Below are positions 11,825 to 24,582 of a DNA stretch of 64,000 bases, piece after piece. The stretch's first letter is position 1. Every line of letters starts with the position of its first letter. The DNA is from Somniosus microcephalus (lineage: Eukaryota): contig CM126231.1 in assembly GCA_052327205.1 (NCBI GenBank), positions 26,908,001 through 26,972,000 of the forward strand, given 5' to 3'. The translations under genes and the position numbers were made by a program. A model generated the notes under the pieces. That model made no database searches. It was not told where the DNA came from and saw nothing but the letters and a program-made list of their open reading frames with translations.

Positions 11825-13739
11825 GTAAGAAATGTGTGATCTTGTCTTATCCATAAATATTTTGGGGCTCTAGGGGAATCGAGGGATATGGAGAACGGGC
11901 GGGGAAAGTGGAGTTTTGAGGTTGAAGATCAGCCATGATCTTATTGAATGGCGGAGCAGGCTCGAAGGACCTTCTGGCCTACTCCTGCTCCTTATTCTTG
12001 TGTTCCTTCAAAGCAATGCTACTCATTGGGCTTGGGATCATGATATGCTTATATTGCAGGTACCTGATGGTTTTGCTGAGGCAGAGTTTACATTGCAGGT
12101 ATATCAGCCCTTAATGGGATATTAATAGTCATGCTAGATCCCTTCGGTCTACTGCAATGCTAGAATTAATTTCATCCATTGAATCAAACACCATGACAGT
12201 GAAGGCTTCCATATTGAACATGGGGGAACTCAATCTTATCATAGAATCATAGACTAGTACAACACAGAAGGAGGCCATTCGGCCCATCGAGTCTGTGCCG
12301 GCTCTTTCGAACAGTAATCCAGTCAGTCCCACTCCCCCGCTCTTTCCCCAGATCCCTGCAATATTTTCTCCTTCAAGTATTTATCCAATTCCCTTTTGAA
12401 GGCTACTATTGAATCTGTATCCACCGCCCTATCAGGCCGTGCATTCCAAATTCTAACCACTCGTGTAAAATTTCTCCTCCTGTCGCCTCGGGTTCTTTTG
12501 CCAATCACCTTAAATCTGAGCCCTCAGGTTATCGACCCTTCGGCCATTGGAAACAGTTTTTTCTTTATTTACTCTATCTAAACCCTCCATGATTTTAATC
12601 TGTGGCTCAAATCGTAAAACTATTTGGTTATGTGTCGATGTGTGGTAAGATTTCTTCTGCTATTTGCGGAGAAATTGTAAATACGTGATTTTAAAGAATG
12701 ATTTTACAATGTTTCTACTACAACAACAACAACTTGTATTTCTATAGCACCTTTAACATTGTAAAACGTCCCAAGGTGCTTCACAGGATCGTTATCAGAC
12801 AAAAATTGACACCGAGCCACATAAGGAGACATTAGGAGAGGAAAGAGGTAGGTTCTAAGGAGCGTCTTGAAGGGAGAAAGAGAAGCGGAGAGGTTTAGGG
12901 AGGGAATTCCGGAGCTTATGGTCCAGGCAGCTGAAGGCACGGCCGCCAATGGTGGAGGGATTAAAATTGGGGATGCGCAAGTGGCCAGAATTGGAGGAGT
13001 GTAGAGATCTGAGGGTTGTAGGGCTGGAGGAGGTTAAAGAGATAATAGGGAGAGGCGAGGCCATGGAGGGATTTGAAAACGAGGATGAGAATTTTGAAAT
13101 CGAGGCTTTGCCGGACCGGGACCCAGTGTAGGTCAGTGAGCACAGGGGTGATGGGCGAAAGGGGATTGGAGTTAGGACAAGGCCTGTAGAGTTTTGGATG
13201 AGCTCATGTTTATGGAGGGTGAAAGATGGGAGGCCAGGAGTGCGTTGGAATAGTCAAGTCTAGAGGTAACCAAGGCATGGATGAGGGTTTCAGCAGCAGA
13301 TGAGCTGAGGTAGGGGTGGAGTCGGACGATGTTACGGAGGTGGAAATAGGTGGTCTTGGTGAGTGTAGCTCTGATTTTCCCGCCCCTCACCACCCCAAGG
13401 AATTTCCTGTTTCTTTTGAGAACATTGTCTTTCTTTTTGGGCTCCTTGGTGAAAGTGAAGGATTGTGCATCACTGATGCTCTTTGCACGCTCTGTTTCAC
13501 TTTGTTCTGTCTGTGAATCTGAAGATCTGATAAGAATCTAGTGAGCGCTGGCGTGTGAACTTTGTATTCTTTCGGTTCGCTGAACCCTTTGTTTTGATCG
13601 ATATTGTTCTGCGCTTGTTAAACATTTCACAAGCGAGGAACCCCTGACAGACTGCACCAAATATTAGTGTTTTTGAAAAAGTGAATCACTTCTTTGTGTG
13701 AAGTCCATGACTTCCTCTTCACTGCTTAACCAGCACAAT

Positions 13740-15450
13740 GTCCCATGGCGCCTCACAGGGGCGTTATCAAAGAAAATTAGACGCTGAGCCCCATAGAGAT
13801 ATTGGAGCAGGTGACCAAAAGCTTGGTCAACAAGGTAGGTTTTAGGGAGCATCTTAAAGGAGGAGAGAGAGGTGAAGAGGTTTAGGGAGGGAATTCCAGA
13901 GCTAAGGGCTACAGCGGCTGAATGCATGGCTGCCAATGGTGGAGCGATTAAATTCAGAGATGTGCAAGAGGCCAGGATTGCAGGAGTACAGATATCTCGG
14001 AGGGTTGTAGGGCTGGAGGAGGTGACGGAGATAGGGAAGGGCGGGAGGCTGAGAATTTTAAAATCGAGGCGTTGCTTAACCGGGAGCCAATGTAGGTCAG
14101 CGAGCACTGGGGTGATGGGTGAACGGGACTTGGTGCGTGTTGGGATATGGGCGGCAGAGTTTTGGATGTGCTCAGGTTTATGGAGGCTCGCCAGGAGCGC
14201 ATTGGAATAGTCAAGCCTAGAGGCAACAACAGCCTGGATGAGCTGAGGCAGGGGGCAGAGTCCAGTGATGTTACGGAGATGGAAATAGGCGGTCTTAGTG
14301 ATGGCACCAGTGTGTGGTCAGAAGCTCATCTCAGGGTCAAATACGACACCAAGGTTGCGAACAGTCTGGTTCAGCCTCAGACAGTTGCCAGGGAGAGGGA
14401 CGGAGTTTGTGGCAGGGACCGAAGACAATGGCTTCGGTCTTCCCAGTATTTAGTTGGAGGAAATTTCTGCTCATCCGGTACTGGAAGTCGGACAAGCAGT
14501 CTGACAATTTAGAGACAGTGGAGGGTTTGACAGAGGAGTAATAATGAGGTAGAGCTGGGGGGTCATCAGCGTACATGTGGAAACTGACGCTGTGTTTTCA
14601 GATGATGTCGATGAGAAATAGAAGGGGGCCAAGGATAGATCCTTGGGGGACACTAGAGGTAATGGAGCCGGAAGAGAATCCATTGCCGCCGATTCGCTGG
14701 CTGAGATTAGATAGATAAGAATTGAACCAGGCAACTGCAGTCCCACCCAGCTGGATGACAGTGGAGAGGCGTTGGAGGAGGATGGTGTGGTTAACTGTGT
14801 CACAGGCTGCAGACTGGTCGAGAAGGATGAGGAGTGTTAATTTACCATGGTCACAGTCACATAGGATGTCAGTTGTGACTCTGACGAGAGCTGTTTTGGT
14901 TCTGTGGCAGGGGCGGAAACCTGATTGGAGGGATTCAGACACGGAGTTCCGGGAAAGATGGGCACGGATTCGGGAGATAACAGATGAGCAGAGTCGGGCA
15001 ATGTTACGGAGGTGGAAATAGGCGGTCTTAGTGATGGAGCGGATATGTGGTCAGAAGTTCATCTCGGGGTCAAATATCACCAAGGTTGCGAACAGTCTGG
15101 TTCAGCCTCAAGACAGTTGCCAGGGAGAAGGACCGAGTCGGTGGATATTAAGGGAATCAAGGGATATGGGGCTAGTGCAGGAAAGTGGAGATGAGGTAGA
15201 AGATCAGCCATGATCTTATTGAATGGTGGAGCAGGCTCAAGGGGCCAAATGGCCGACTCCTGTTCCTAGTTCTTACATTAACAGCACTTTCAAGGACTTT
15301 TGGAGAGGAAAGGGAAGTTGGAGATGGGGCGGTAGTTTGCAAGGACGGAGGGGTCAAGGGTTGGTTATTGGAGGAGAGGGGTGATGACGGCAGATTTGAA
15401 GGAGAGGGGGACAGTACCTGAGGAGAGCGAACCGTTAACAACGTCAGCTA
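13740..15450 (-). mobile_element. L2 LINE fragments (also ~6075-6695 and ~12720-13355)
   Basis: [57 protein letters not shown]. Confidence 0.88.
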
Positions 15451-15594
15451 ACAGCACACAGAGGAAACACTCTTTCGCGTCTAATCCACAGGCTTTGTGA
15501 CTGAAACGGTAATGAGCTCGTGAGTTTAAAAATACCCACTGTACATTGATTGGTTGACTGGCGTTAAAATGAAATTTTGCAAACTACTTTCCAG

Positions 15595-15679
15595 GTATTG
15601 TAGCAGCAACGATATTTATTGTCCTCCTGCTGGGATTATACACCATTCTGTGGAAATGCATGAGTTTCCAGGCGAAAAG
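15595..15679 (+). CDS. small single-pass membrane protein, transmembrane exon (85 bp)
   Basis: CTACTTTCCAG acceptor; (G)IVAATIFIVLLLGLYTILWKCMSFQAK(R); AAG|GTAAGA donor; phase 1 to 2; hydrophobic helix followed by WKC. Confidence 0.75.
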
Positions 15680-16357
15680 GTAAGAAGGGTGTCAACAGTT
15701 TGATGTGTTTGTCACTGCACGCAGTACAGTACTGACCTCCGTACACATACAGCAGACCAGCTGCAGAGCCAGCATCCTTCAATGCTCTCCACAATATACT
15801 TGAATTTATATTTTACAGCCAATAATTTTTGTATTAAGAACATAAGAACATCAGAAATAGGAGCAGGAGTCGGCCACACGGCCCCTCGAGCCTGCTCCGC
15901 CATTCAATAAGATCATGGCTGATCTTTGACCTCAACTCCACTTTCCCGCTCGATCCCCATATCCCTCGATTCCCCATGAGTTCAAAAATCTATCGATCAC
16001 AGCCTTGAATATACTCAACGACTCAGCATTCGCAGCCCTCTGGGGCAGAGAATTCCAAAGATTCACAACCCTCTGAGTGAAGAAATTCCTCCTCGTCTCA
16101 GTCTTAAATGGCCGACCCCTTATCCTGAGACTATGGCCCCTAGTTCTAGACTCTCCAGCCAGGGGACACAACCTCTCCGCCTCTACCCTGTCAATCCCCC
16201 TCAGAATCTTGTGTTTCAATTAGATCACCTCTCATTCTTCTAAACTCCGGAGAGTATCGGCCCATTCTACTCAATCTCTTCTCATAGGACAGCCCTCTCA
16301 TCCCAGGAATCAATCTAATATTGAAAGTTATCATAGCTCTGCATTTTAAGAAACTGT

Positions 16358-17178
16358 GGGAGTGATTTTGCCAATGGGGGCGTGTTGGAGGCGGGGCTGC
16401 TGCTTGTCGGGTTTTAGCCCCGCCTCCATCAACGTCTGGCCAACCCATGCTAGTTTCCCTTGATTGACCTTGTTAAGCCCACCCAGCAGGCTTAGCAGGC
16501 CAATTAAGGGAAAGCCGGTTACTGGTGATGTCAGCGAGTGACGTTTCATCTGTCAAGAGCTTTTGACAGATGAATTGTCATCGTTTGAGAGTTCTGTGAA
16601 GCAGTCAAACACTGATGATCTGTCTTCTAACTTGAGACCTGGGACACAGGCTTACTTAGAGATCTCTCCTGAGCAGAAAGCAGAAGGCTGATGCATTTGA
16701 GAATGTAGCGGCCACTCTGCTTTCTCTGCCGGTGAGATGAGGGACTCCCGAGACCTGAAGGGTTGAAGCCTGGAGGAAGAAGCAAAGGTAAGTAAAGCTT
16801 TTAAAACCCTTAAGACTCACCTCACACACTTACCTCTGCACACATGCACCCATCACTCACCTGCACACCGGACATCTCGGCCCCTCCGACCCCCGCAGAC
16901 CCACGGCTCGCCTCACTGACCCTGGCGAGGTTCGGAGCCGTCAGGAAGCCCACACTTTAGGTGGCAAAATAGGGATTATCCAAAAAACTGCCTGTTCACT
17001 ACCTGTGAACAGGCAGTTAATTGGCACTAATCCTCTTCCTGCCTTGAGGAGGCAGCTCGCAGCGCGGGTCGGGTACCCGCCTCCTGGGAAGGTGGCACGG
17101 AGACGGGATGGGTACCCGCTCCCAGATTCTGCCATTTTCCCGGCAGTCCCGCCTCCCCAGGGCTGGGAAAATTGCCCC
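16358..17178. mobile_element. more diverged copy of the same Harbinger-like family (a partial copy also at ~23351-23708)
   Basis: Shares TTGATTGACCTTGTTAAGCC, GCAGGCCAATTAAGGG and the internal TTTCATCTGTCAA palindrome; GGG...ATTTT and AAAATTGCCCC ends. Confidence 0.7.
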
Positions 17179-17608
17179 CCGCCCCCCTGTGAGTGCAATA
17201 TCTAACTCTGCTCAGCAACACCTCCTCCCAACATTCCCTCCTGCGGTGGAAATCTGTAATTCAAACAGATCCTAATGTGAGCAACAATTGGGGCTCCTTT
17301 TCACACTCGGCGGGTCGAGCGTGCCTTTGTGCAATAGTGCGAAACAGGCGATGGCGAGCCGGCAGCTCGTTTTACATCTCCTTCCCCCCCCCCCCTTTTA
17401 CTTTCCATCGAAGTCACTCGGGAGAGATGGAAAACGCGACTGTCGACTCGCTATCGCCCGGTGTACACTACCGCATAAAGCCCCGGCCTGCCCCAGGGGC
17501 TCGGCTACGAGCCGTCACTTCTAGCTGATAATTTATTACCGTTGATCCCTTCCAAAAATGATTTTTTCCCCCCCCTCTCTCTCATTTCCTCCCCATCCCC
17601 ATCTGCAG

Positions 17609-17669
17609 GTACAAAGGGAACAGAAGGTCAAGGCAGAAGATTCACCATCCAGCCGCAGTCTCCTGCTGA
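17609..17669 (+). CDS. small single-pass membrane protein, terminal coding exon
   Basis: Long polypyrimidine tract plus TGCAG acceptor; in phase 2 it reads (R)YKGNRRSRQKIHHPAAVSC then TGA; basic cytoplasmic tail. Confidence 0.65.
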
Positions 17670-18089
17670 CGGAAGGTTTAGCAGCATCCTGTACATCAGC
17701 CTGGACGGCCTAGCTTATTCCAGATGCTTCGAAGAGAACACACCTCTTTCGCTTGGGGAATTCACAGTGCTGGCTTGTCCGCACGCTAATCACGGCAGCA
17801 TTTCAAACGGTGCCGTGTGCGGGTTGCATCTTACAAGCCTCTCCTAATTCTAGCTCACTTAAGAACGGCTCCTGCCCTTTATTAGTCCCCAGCTGTCGCC
17901 CCCACAATCCTCCATTAGCAGAAGTGGGTATTGGTTAGCGGGAAAGGTGTCTTTCTAGATGCGAGTGGAAACAAAATAGATGGGAGAATGGAACGGCAAA
18001 CGAATTGTAAGTTTTTTCTTTTAGCCCCCCCTGACTTTCTGTACGTACAAGCGCCACTTTTATTGACGATTACGAAAAAGAAAAGTCAA

Positions 18090-18095
18090 ATTAAA
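18090..18095 (+). terminator. candidate poly(A) signal (ATTAAA) for the small membrane protein gene
   Basis: ATTAAA about 420 nt after the TGA, followed by T/GT-rich sequence. Confidence 0.3.
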
Positions 18096-18369
18096 ATACG
18101 AAGGTTGAAAACTGGCTGGATACTGTAGCCTCTTTGCTGTCTCAGCTCTTTCGACTTGGTCTGGATTGTGCTGATGCTCCGGTGTTCCATCAGGATGTGT
18201 CCTGGGGATTGAATCTCTTGTCACCAGCAGGGGGAAAAATGGCTTTTTGGTGTTTTTCCCTCAAATTTGGGCCACGTTTTGCTGATGTGACAGAGTGAAG
18301 AACATTCTTTCCTGCAGCCCCCCCTGAAGACGACTTTGTGTTGATGTCAGCTGTAGAAACATTGGGAAT

Positions 18370-20270
18370 AATAAAAAAAACTCTCCTCATTTCAGTCCAA
18401 AATGGCTGACCCTTTATCCTGAGACTGTGACCCCTGGTTCTAGACTCCCCAGCCGGGGGAAACATCCTCCCTGCATCTACCCTGTCAAGCCCTGAAGAAT
18501 TTTATATGTTGCAATGAGATCACCTCTCATTCTTCTAAACTCTAGGGAAATATAGGGCTCGTCTACTCGATCTCTCCTCGTAGGGCAATCCCCCCATCCC
18601 AGGAATCAGTCGAGTAATCCTTTGTTGCACTCCCTCTAAGACAAGGAGACCAAAACTCTGCACAGTACTCCAGGTGTGGTCTCACCAAGGCCCTACATAA
18701 TTGCAGTAAGACTTCTTTACTCTTGTACTCCAATCCTTTTGTAATAAAGGTCAACATGCCATTTGCTTTCCTAATTGCTTGCTGTACCCGTGTGTTAACG
18801 TTCTGTGATTTGTGTACAAGGACACCCAGGTCCCTCTGAACACCAACATTTCCCAATCTCTCGCCACTTAAAAAATACTTTGCTTTTCTATTTTTCCTAC
18901 CAAAATGGATAACTTCACATTTCTCCACATTATGTTCCATCTGCCATGTTCTTGCTCACTCACTTAACCTATCTATATCCCTTTGCAGCCTCTTTGCATC
19001 CTCCTCACAACTTACTTTCCCACCCAGCTTTGTATCATCAGAAAACTTGGATACATTACACTCAGTCCCCTAATCTAAGTCATTGATATAGATTGTAAAT
19101 AGCTGAGGCCCAAACACTGATCCTTGCGGCACCCCACTAGTTACAGCCTGCCAACCCAAAAATGACCCGTTTACTCCTACTCCCTGTTTCTTGTCCATTG
19201 ATCTTCAATCAATGCTAATATATAAAGGAAAGACTTGCATTTCTATAGTGCCTGGTCACGACCACCAGGCGTCCCAAAGTGCTTTACAGCCAATGAAGTA
19301 CTGTCACTGTTGTAATGTAGGAAACGCGGCAGCCAATTTGCGCACAGCAAGCTCCCACAAACCGCAATATGATAATGACCAGATAATCTGTTTTAGTGAT
19401 GTTGAGGGATAAATATTGGCCAGGCCACCGGGGATAACTCCCCTGCTCCTCTTCGAAAGAGTGCCCTGGGAGAGCAGACAAGACCCCAGTTTAATGTCTC
19501 ATCTGAAAGACAGCACCTCTGACAGTGCAGCACTCCCTCAGTACTGCACTGTCAGCCTGGGTTTTCGTGCTCCAGTCTCTTGGAGTGGGACTATGAACCC
19601 ACAGCTTCTGACTCAGAGGTGAGAGTGCTACCCACAGAGCTACTGGCTGACATTATATATTACCCCCAATCCCATGAGCCCTAATTTTGTGCAATAACCT
19701 CTTGTGTGGCACATTATCGAATGCTTTTTGAAAATCCAAATACACTACATCCACTGGTTCCCCCTTATCTACCCTGCCAGTTACAACCTCAAAAAGCTCC
19801 AACAGATTTGTCAAACACTATTTCCTTTTCATAAATCAGTGTCGACACTGCCCAATCATATTATGATTTTCTAATTGCCCTGTTATCACGTCCTTAATAA
19901 TATCCAGCATTTTCCTGATGACTGATATCAGGCTAACTGGCCGATAGTTCCCTGTTTCCTCTCTCCCTCCTTTCTTGAATAGCGGGGTTACGTTTGCTAC
20001 CTTCCAATCTGCTGGGACCATTCTAGAATCTAGGGAATTCTGGAAGATCAAAACCAATGCATCCACTATCTCTGTAGCCACCTCTTTCAAAACCCTGGGA
20101 GTAGGCCATCAGGTCCAGGGGATTTGTCGGCTTTTAGTCCCATTAATTTCTCCAGTAGTATTTCTTTACTAATACTAATTTCTTTAAGTTCCTCATTCTC
20201 ACTAGACCCTTCGTTCCCCACTATTTCCGAGATGTTTTTTGTGTCTTCTTCCATGAAGACAGATATAAAG
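18370..20270 (-). mobile_element. CR1 LINE ORF2 fragment (frameshifted RT) with nested SINE
   Basis: Peptides [55 protein letters not shown]. Confidence 0.9.
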
Positions 20271-21004
20271 TATTTGAGGTGTTTAAGATGATTAAAGGAT
20301 TTGATAGGGTAGAGAGAAACCATTTCCATTTGGGGTGGGCCCAGAATAAGGGGGCATAACCTTAAAATTAGAGCCAGGCCATTCAGAGGTGATGTCAGGA
20401 AGCACTTCTTCACACACAAAGGGTAGTGAAAATCTGGAAAACTCTTCCCCCCAAAAGGCTGTTGAGGTTGGGGGTCAATTGAAAATTTCAAAACTGAGAT
20501 TGATAGATTTTTGTTAAGGCGAGGGTATTAAAGGTTACGGATCCAAGGCGGGTAAATAGAGTTAAAATACAGATCAGCAATGATCTAATTGAATGCCGGA
20601 ACAGGCTAGAGGGGCTGAATGGCCTCCTCCTGTTCCTATACATGTCGGACACAAAGCTGACCAAAATAAATGTTGGTTTCTTTGACTCTTAAGTTTATTA
20701 ACCCATGAAGACAACAACGTTATGACAGTCAGAAATGCAACAGAACAAAATTCTGTAGGTATTTACTCTGTACAACAAATATTATCATCTCCATTAAAGA
20801 AACATATAAATACAAAAGGTATGTAACACCACATTCTTTCCTGTTTCATTAGATCAAAAAGTAACTTCACTATATTGCATCACTGCAGTGCTTTTTGTCG
20901 GCGAGGGGCAGGTTCAAGGAGCAGTAAGGAATGGGAAATATTTTACTTTTCCTATTCTTTATTCAGTGTTTTTGTGATTCTGCACAAATCAATGCTTACC
21001 GCAG

Positions 21005-21459
21005 GGTCAACCAGTGGCTCAGTGGGTGGCACACTTGCCTCTGAGTCAGAAGGTTGTGGGTTCAAGTCCCACTCCAGAGACTTGAGCACATAAATCTAGG
21101 CTGACACTGCAGTGCAGTGCTGAGGGAGTGCTGCACTGTCGGAGGTGCCGTCTTTCGGATGAGACATTAAACCGAGGCCCCGTCTGCTCTCTCAGGTGGA
21201 CGTAAAAGATCCCACGGCACTATTTAGAAGAAGAGCAGGGGAGTTCTTCCTGGGGCCAATATTTATCTCTAAACCAACACCCAAAAACAGATTATCTGGT
21301 CATTGCTGTGTGTGGGAGCTTGCTGTGTGCAAATTAGCTGCTGTGTTGCCTACATTACAACAGTGACTCCACTTCAAAAGCTTTGCATTGACTGTAAAGT
21401 GTTTTGGGACATCCTGAGGTCGTGAAAGGCACTATATAAATACAAGTCTTTCTTTCTTT
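21005..21459 (+). mobile_element. Deu-domain SINE
   Basis: Full-length consensus match. Confidence 0.82.
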
Positions 21460-23738
21460 GCACACTTGTTACTGTATTCTGCAAAGGAGTGCAACATGTT
21501 GGAGTAAATTCAAGATCAACACTGAACAAGCCACTCTTTCGAATGGGAAGAACTTAGAAAAGCACAGTACATTCTGCTAAATTATAACTTAATTCCTCTG
21601 AATAGACGATATCTTTTTCAAATTCTAGAAGTGCGGTTTGTCAACAGTAGTGAATCAAAGTAATTTCCTGGCCTTATTGAGAGAGGTTCCGACGCCATCA
21701 TATTCCAATAATCACTTGTAGGTGGCTTTATTCCTCTTTCTCTCGCTCTCTCACTGATTTCTAAAACTCATGGGAAACATTTGCCATTTTAATTCCAAGG
21801 GGTCAGACATGGTGAATGGGAGAAATGTTTAAGTAATGCGGGTTAGATTAAGCAGCTTTATTCGCAATCACTCGGTCTGTTCAAACCTTGCCCATCAATG
21901 CTGCGTTTCAGTGACCAAAGCTCCAATCCGCCCCCAGGCGTGGGATTTTAAAATCGATGGGGCCCAGACTCCTTGCACAGGGTATGGTCAGAACCACTGC
22001 TCCCGAATTAACCGCACGCGGCAGGAATCATGCTGTTATTTAAATTCGGAATTGCAAAATTAATCTCGGAACTGTCGGCTCTTCCATTTTCACCAGAAAG
22101 ATGAAGTGATGTTTGATGGATAGGACACCTGGAATGAGGGAACTGTTTCGCTGGAGGGGTCCACTCATCACACACTGTATGGGAGGGGGGTGGGGAAGGG
22201 TTAACAAACTTTTTTATTCATTCTCGGGATGTGGGCGTGACTGGCAAGGCCGGCATTTATTGCCCATCCCTACTGCTAAGGTGATGATGCACTCTGAAGT
22301 GACCCAGCAAGCCAGCCAGTCAGCCACGTTGGTGTGGGGCTGGTTATATTGGTCCACTAACCCCATTAGTGATCCAGTTGGGTTTTCACGATGCTCCGAC
22401 AGCTTCATGGTCACTTTTACTGAAATCAGCTTTTTAATTCCAGATTTTTAAAAAAAAACTGATTTCAAATTCTCAAACTGCCATGGCAGGATTTGAACTA
22501 CCATTCTCTGGATTACTAGGCCAATAACTACAATACCGTTCCCAACTTACTCCCCCAATGCCGACAGGTAATGGTTGGGAATTCTACTTTACCTGCTGCC
22601 TTCTGTAGAATTAAAAGGAGAGGACGGCCGGCCGATTCTAGCACTCCTCGCCAGCCCTTCCCGCCCAAACCCCCGAGAGCACACGGCTATCCGAGTCTAT
22701 TATATCAGGGCGAGTGGGAGGATCCTGTCACTCGATCCCGGGCAAGTTTACAAATTGAGGCATTTTGATGGGTAAATCGGGAGAAACTGTTTCCAGTGGC
22801 AGGAGGGTCAGGAACCAGAGGACACAGATTTAAGATAATCGGCAAAAGAACCAGAGGCGAGATGAGGAGAAATGTTTTTTACGCAGCGAGTTATGATCTG
22901 GAATGCGCTGCCTGAAAGGGCGTTGGAAGCAGATTCAATAGTAACTTTCAAAGGGGAATTGGATAAATACTTGAAGGGGAAAAATATGCAGGGCTGTGGG
23001 GAAAGAGCAGGGGGGAGTGGGACTAATTGGATCGCTCTTTCAAAGAGCCGGCACAGGCACGATGGGCTGAATGGCCTCCTGTGCTTTATCATTCTATATT
23101 TTTACGTGATCTGTCCGGTTGGCTTTGGCAATGGAAAGTTGAGTAAGGAAATAGAAAACAAATATACCTGATGTTTCTTAACGCTGAGCTGGGAGCCCCT
23201 GGCATTGGTCAGGTGAGTTGCTGGAGGGTTTGTAGGAACAGGGGGGGGGAAGTTATGTCCAGCATTATTACCAGGACTCCTCAGTTGTGGCAAGGTCCTA
23301 GAATCGGGGAAGGGGTCAGAGGGTCTTCCCAGTATTGGGATAGAGTCTCTGGGGTAGATTTTCCCGAACCTGTCGGGAAGAAGACGGGACTTCCCCTTTC
23401 GGGCTTTTGACCCGCCTACTTTGACGTCTGGCCAATCCGCGTGATTTTCCCTTGATTGACCTTGTTAAGCCTGCCCAGCGGGCTCAGCAGGCCAATTAAG
23501 GGCCACCCGGCAACAGGTGACATCACAGACTGAAATTTCATTTGTCAAGAGTTCTTGACAGATGAAAATCAGTGTTTGACATCTGTTTCAAGCTGTCAAA
23601 TACTGACAGTCTGAGTTCTGACATGAGTCATTCTGCACAGACTCAGTTAGAACTCTTACCGGCACTCAAAGCTGAAGGCTGTCACTTTTCACAGATCGCA
23701 GCCGTTCAGCTAGTAGGCCACGGAAGAAGTGGCTGCAT

Positions 23739-23744
23739 TTTATT
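23739..23744 (-). terminator. candidate proximal polyadenylation signal of NPC1L1 (AATAAA)
   Basis: AATAAA on the minus strand about 360 nt after the stop codon. An alternative distal AATAAA lies at 20694-20699, after an AT-rich UTR-like stretch. Not resolvable without transcript data. Confidence 0.35.
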
Positions 23745-24104
23745 TCGTCGTTGCATCTGTGAGCAGGTGCTTGTATGTTGCAGGGAATACTGATGGCAGG
23801 CCGTGCAGTGAAATAAGAAGCCCATTCCACCGAGGAGGATATAGCAGGGAACTTAAGCTGCTGAAGAAATTGTATTAATTCTATATTTTACGATAGCTTA
23901 AAAAGTGACGAAGTTTTCACAGACACTTTTCCAGTGATGACGACATTGGGGGAATCCATTCTGCAGTGTTGCTGGAGGCCTGGGCCCGTGGCCGGTTAGC
24001 CCACCGCACATTAATTCATGATCAGCATGGAGAGCTCGGGAGCAGTTTTGTGTTTTTTAAAATCCCAACAGTTGCATGTGTTGAGAGCAGTGCATAAAAA
24101 GCCT

Positions 24105-24373
24105 TTAAAATGAAGTGACTGTGGGGCCCGTACAGTTCGGGTGAGTTTCTGACGAGGTAGACTCTTTCTCTGAAGAGGTTTTGCTGTTCCCAGGCACTGT
24201 GCGTTCTTCCGACTTGGCCATCCCGTTGCACTGTGCGGTTGACTGGGCTTTCTTATCCTCAGCAGGACCGTCATACCCAAAGTTCTGAAAGAAACTATTG
24301 GAATATATTTTCTCTGGCGGCTGCTCCTTGATCTCTTGCTGCTTCAGCAAGACAGCGATGTTGATGTTTGGTC
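24105..24373 (-). CDS. NPC1L1: NPC1L1 terminal coding exon (cytoplasmic tail)
   Basis: TTTACAG acceptor, then (G)PNINIAVLLKQQEIKEQPPEKIYSNSFFQNFGYDG...TVTSF and TAA; contains a YxNxxF motif. Confidence 0.88.
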
Positions 24374-24582
24374 CTGTAAATGGATGACAGTTGTTATTGT
24401 ACCGGGAAATGCGTCGTTCAGTTCCAGACAGCACCCAGCAGACCCCATTTCCATTGGCGTATTTTAAGTTTATATGTTAGGTGTGCCAACAGTTTAAACA
24501 ATTCCACAACTTGTCTTCAACACGAGCCTCACAGACATAAGCACAGAAAACAGGGAACATTCCAAAAGCAATCACGCTACGG

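Noticed and set aside
21005-21080. tRNA genes (A/B-box sequences at SINE heads)
   Set aside because: They are tRNA-derived SINE heads continuing straight into Deu or V domains; no complete cloverleaf is evident.
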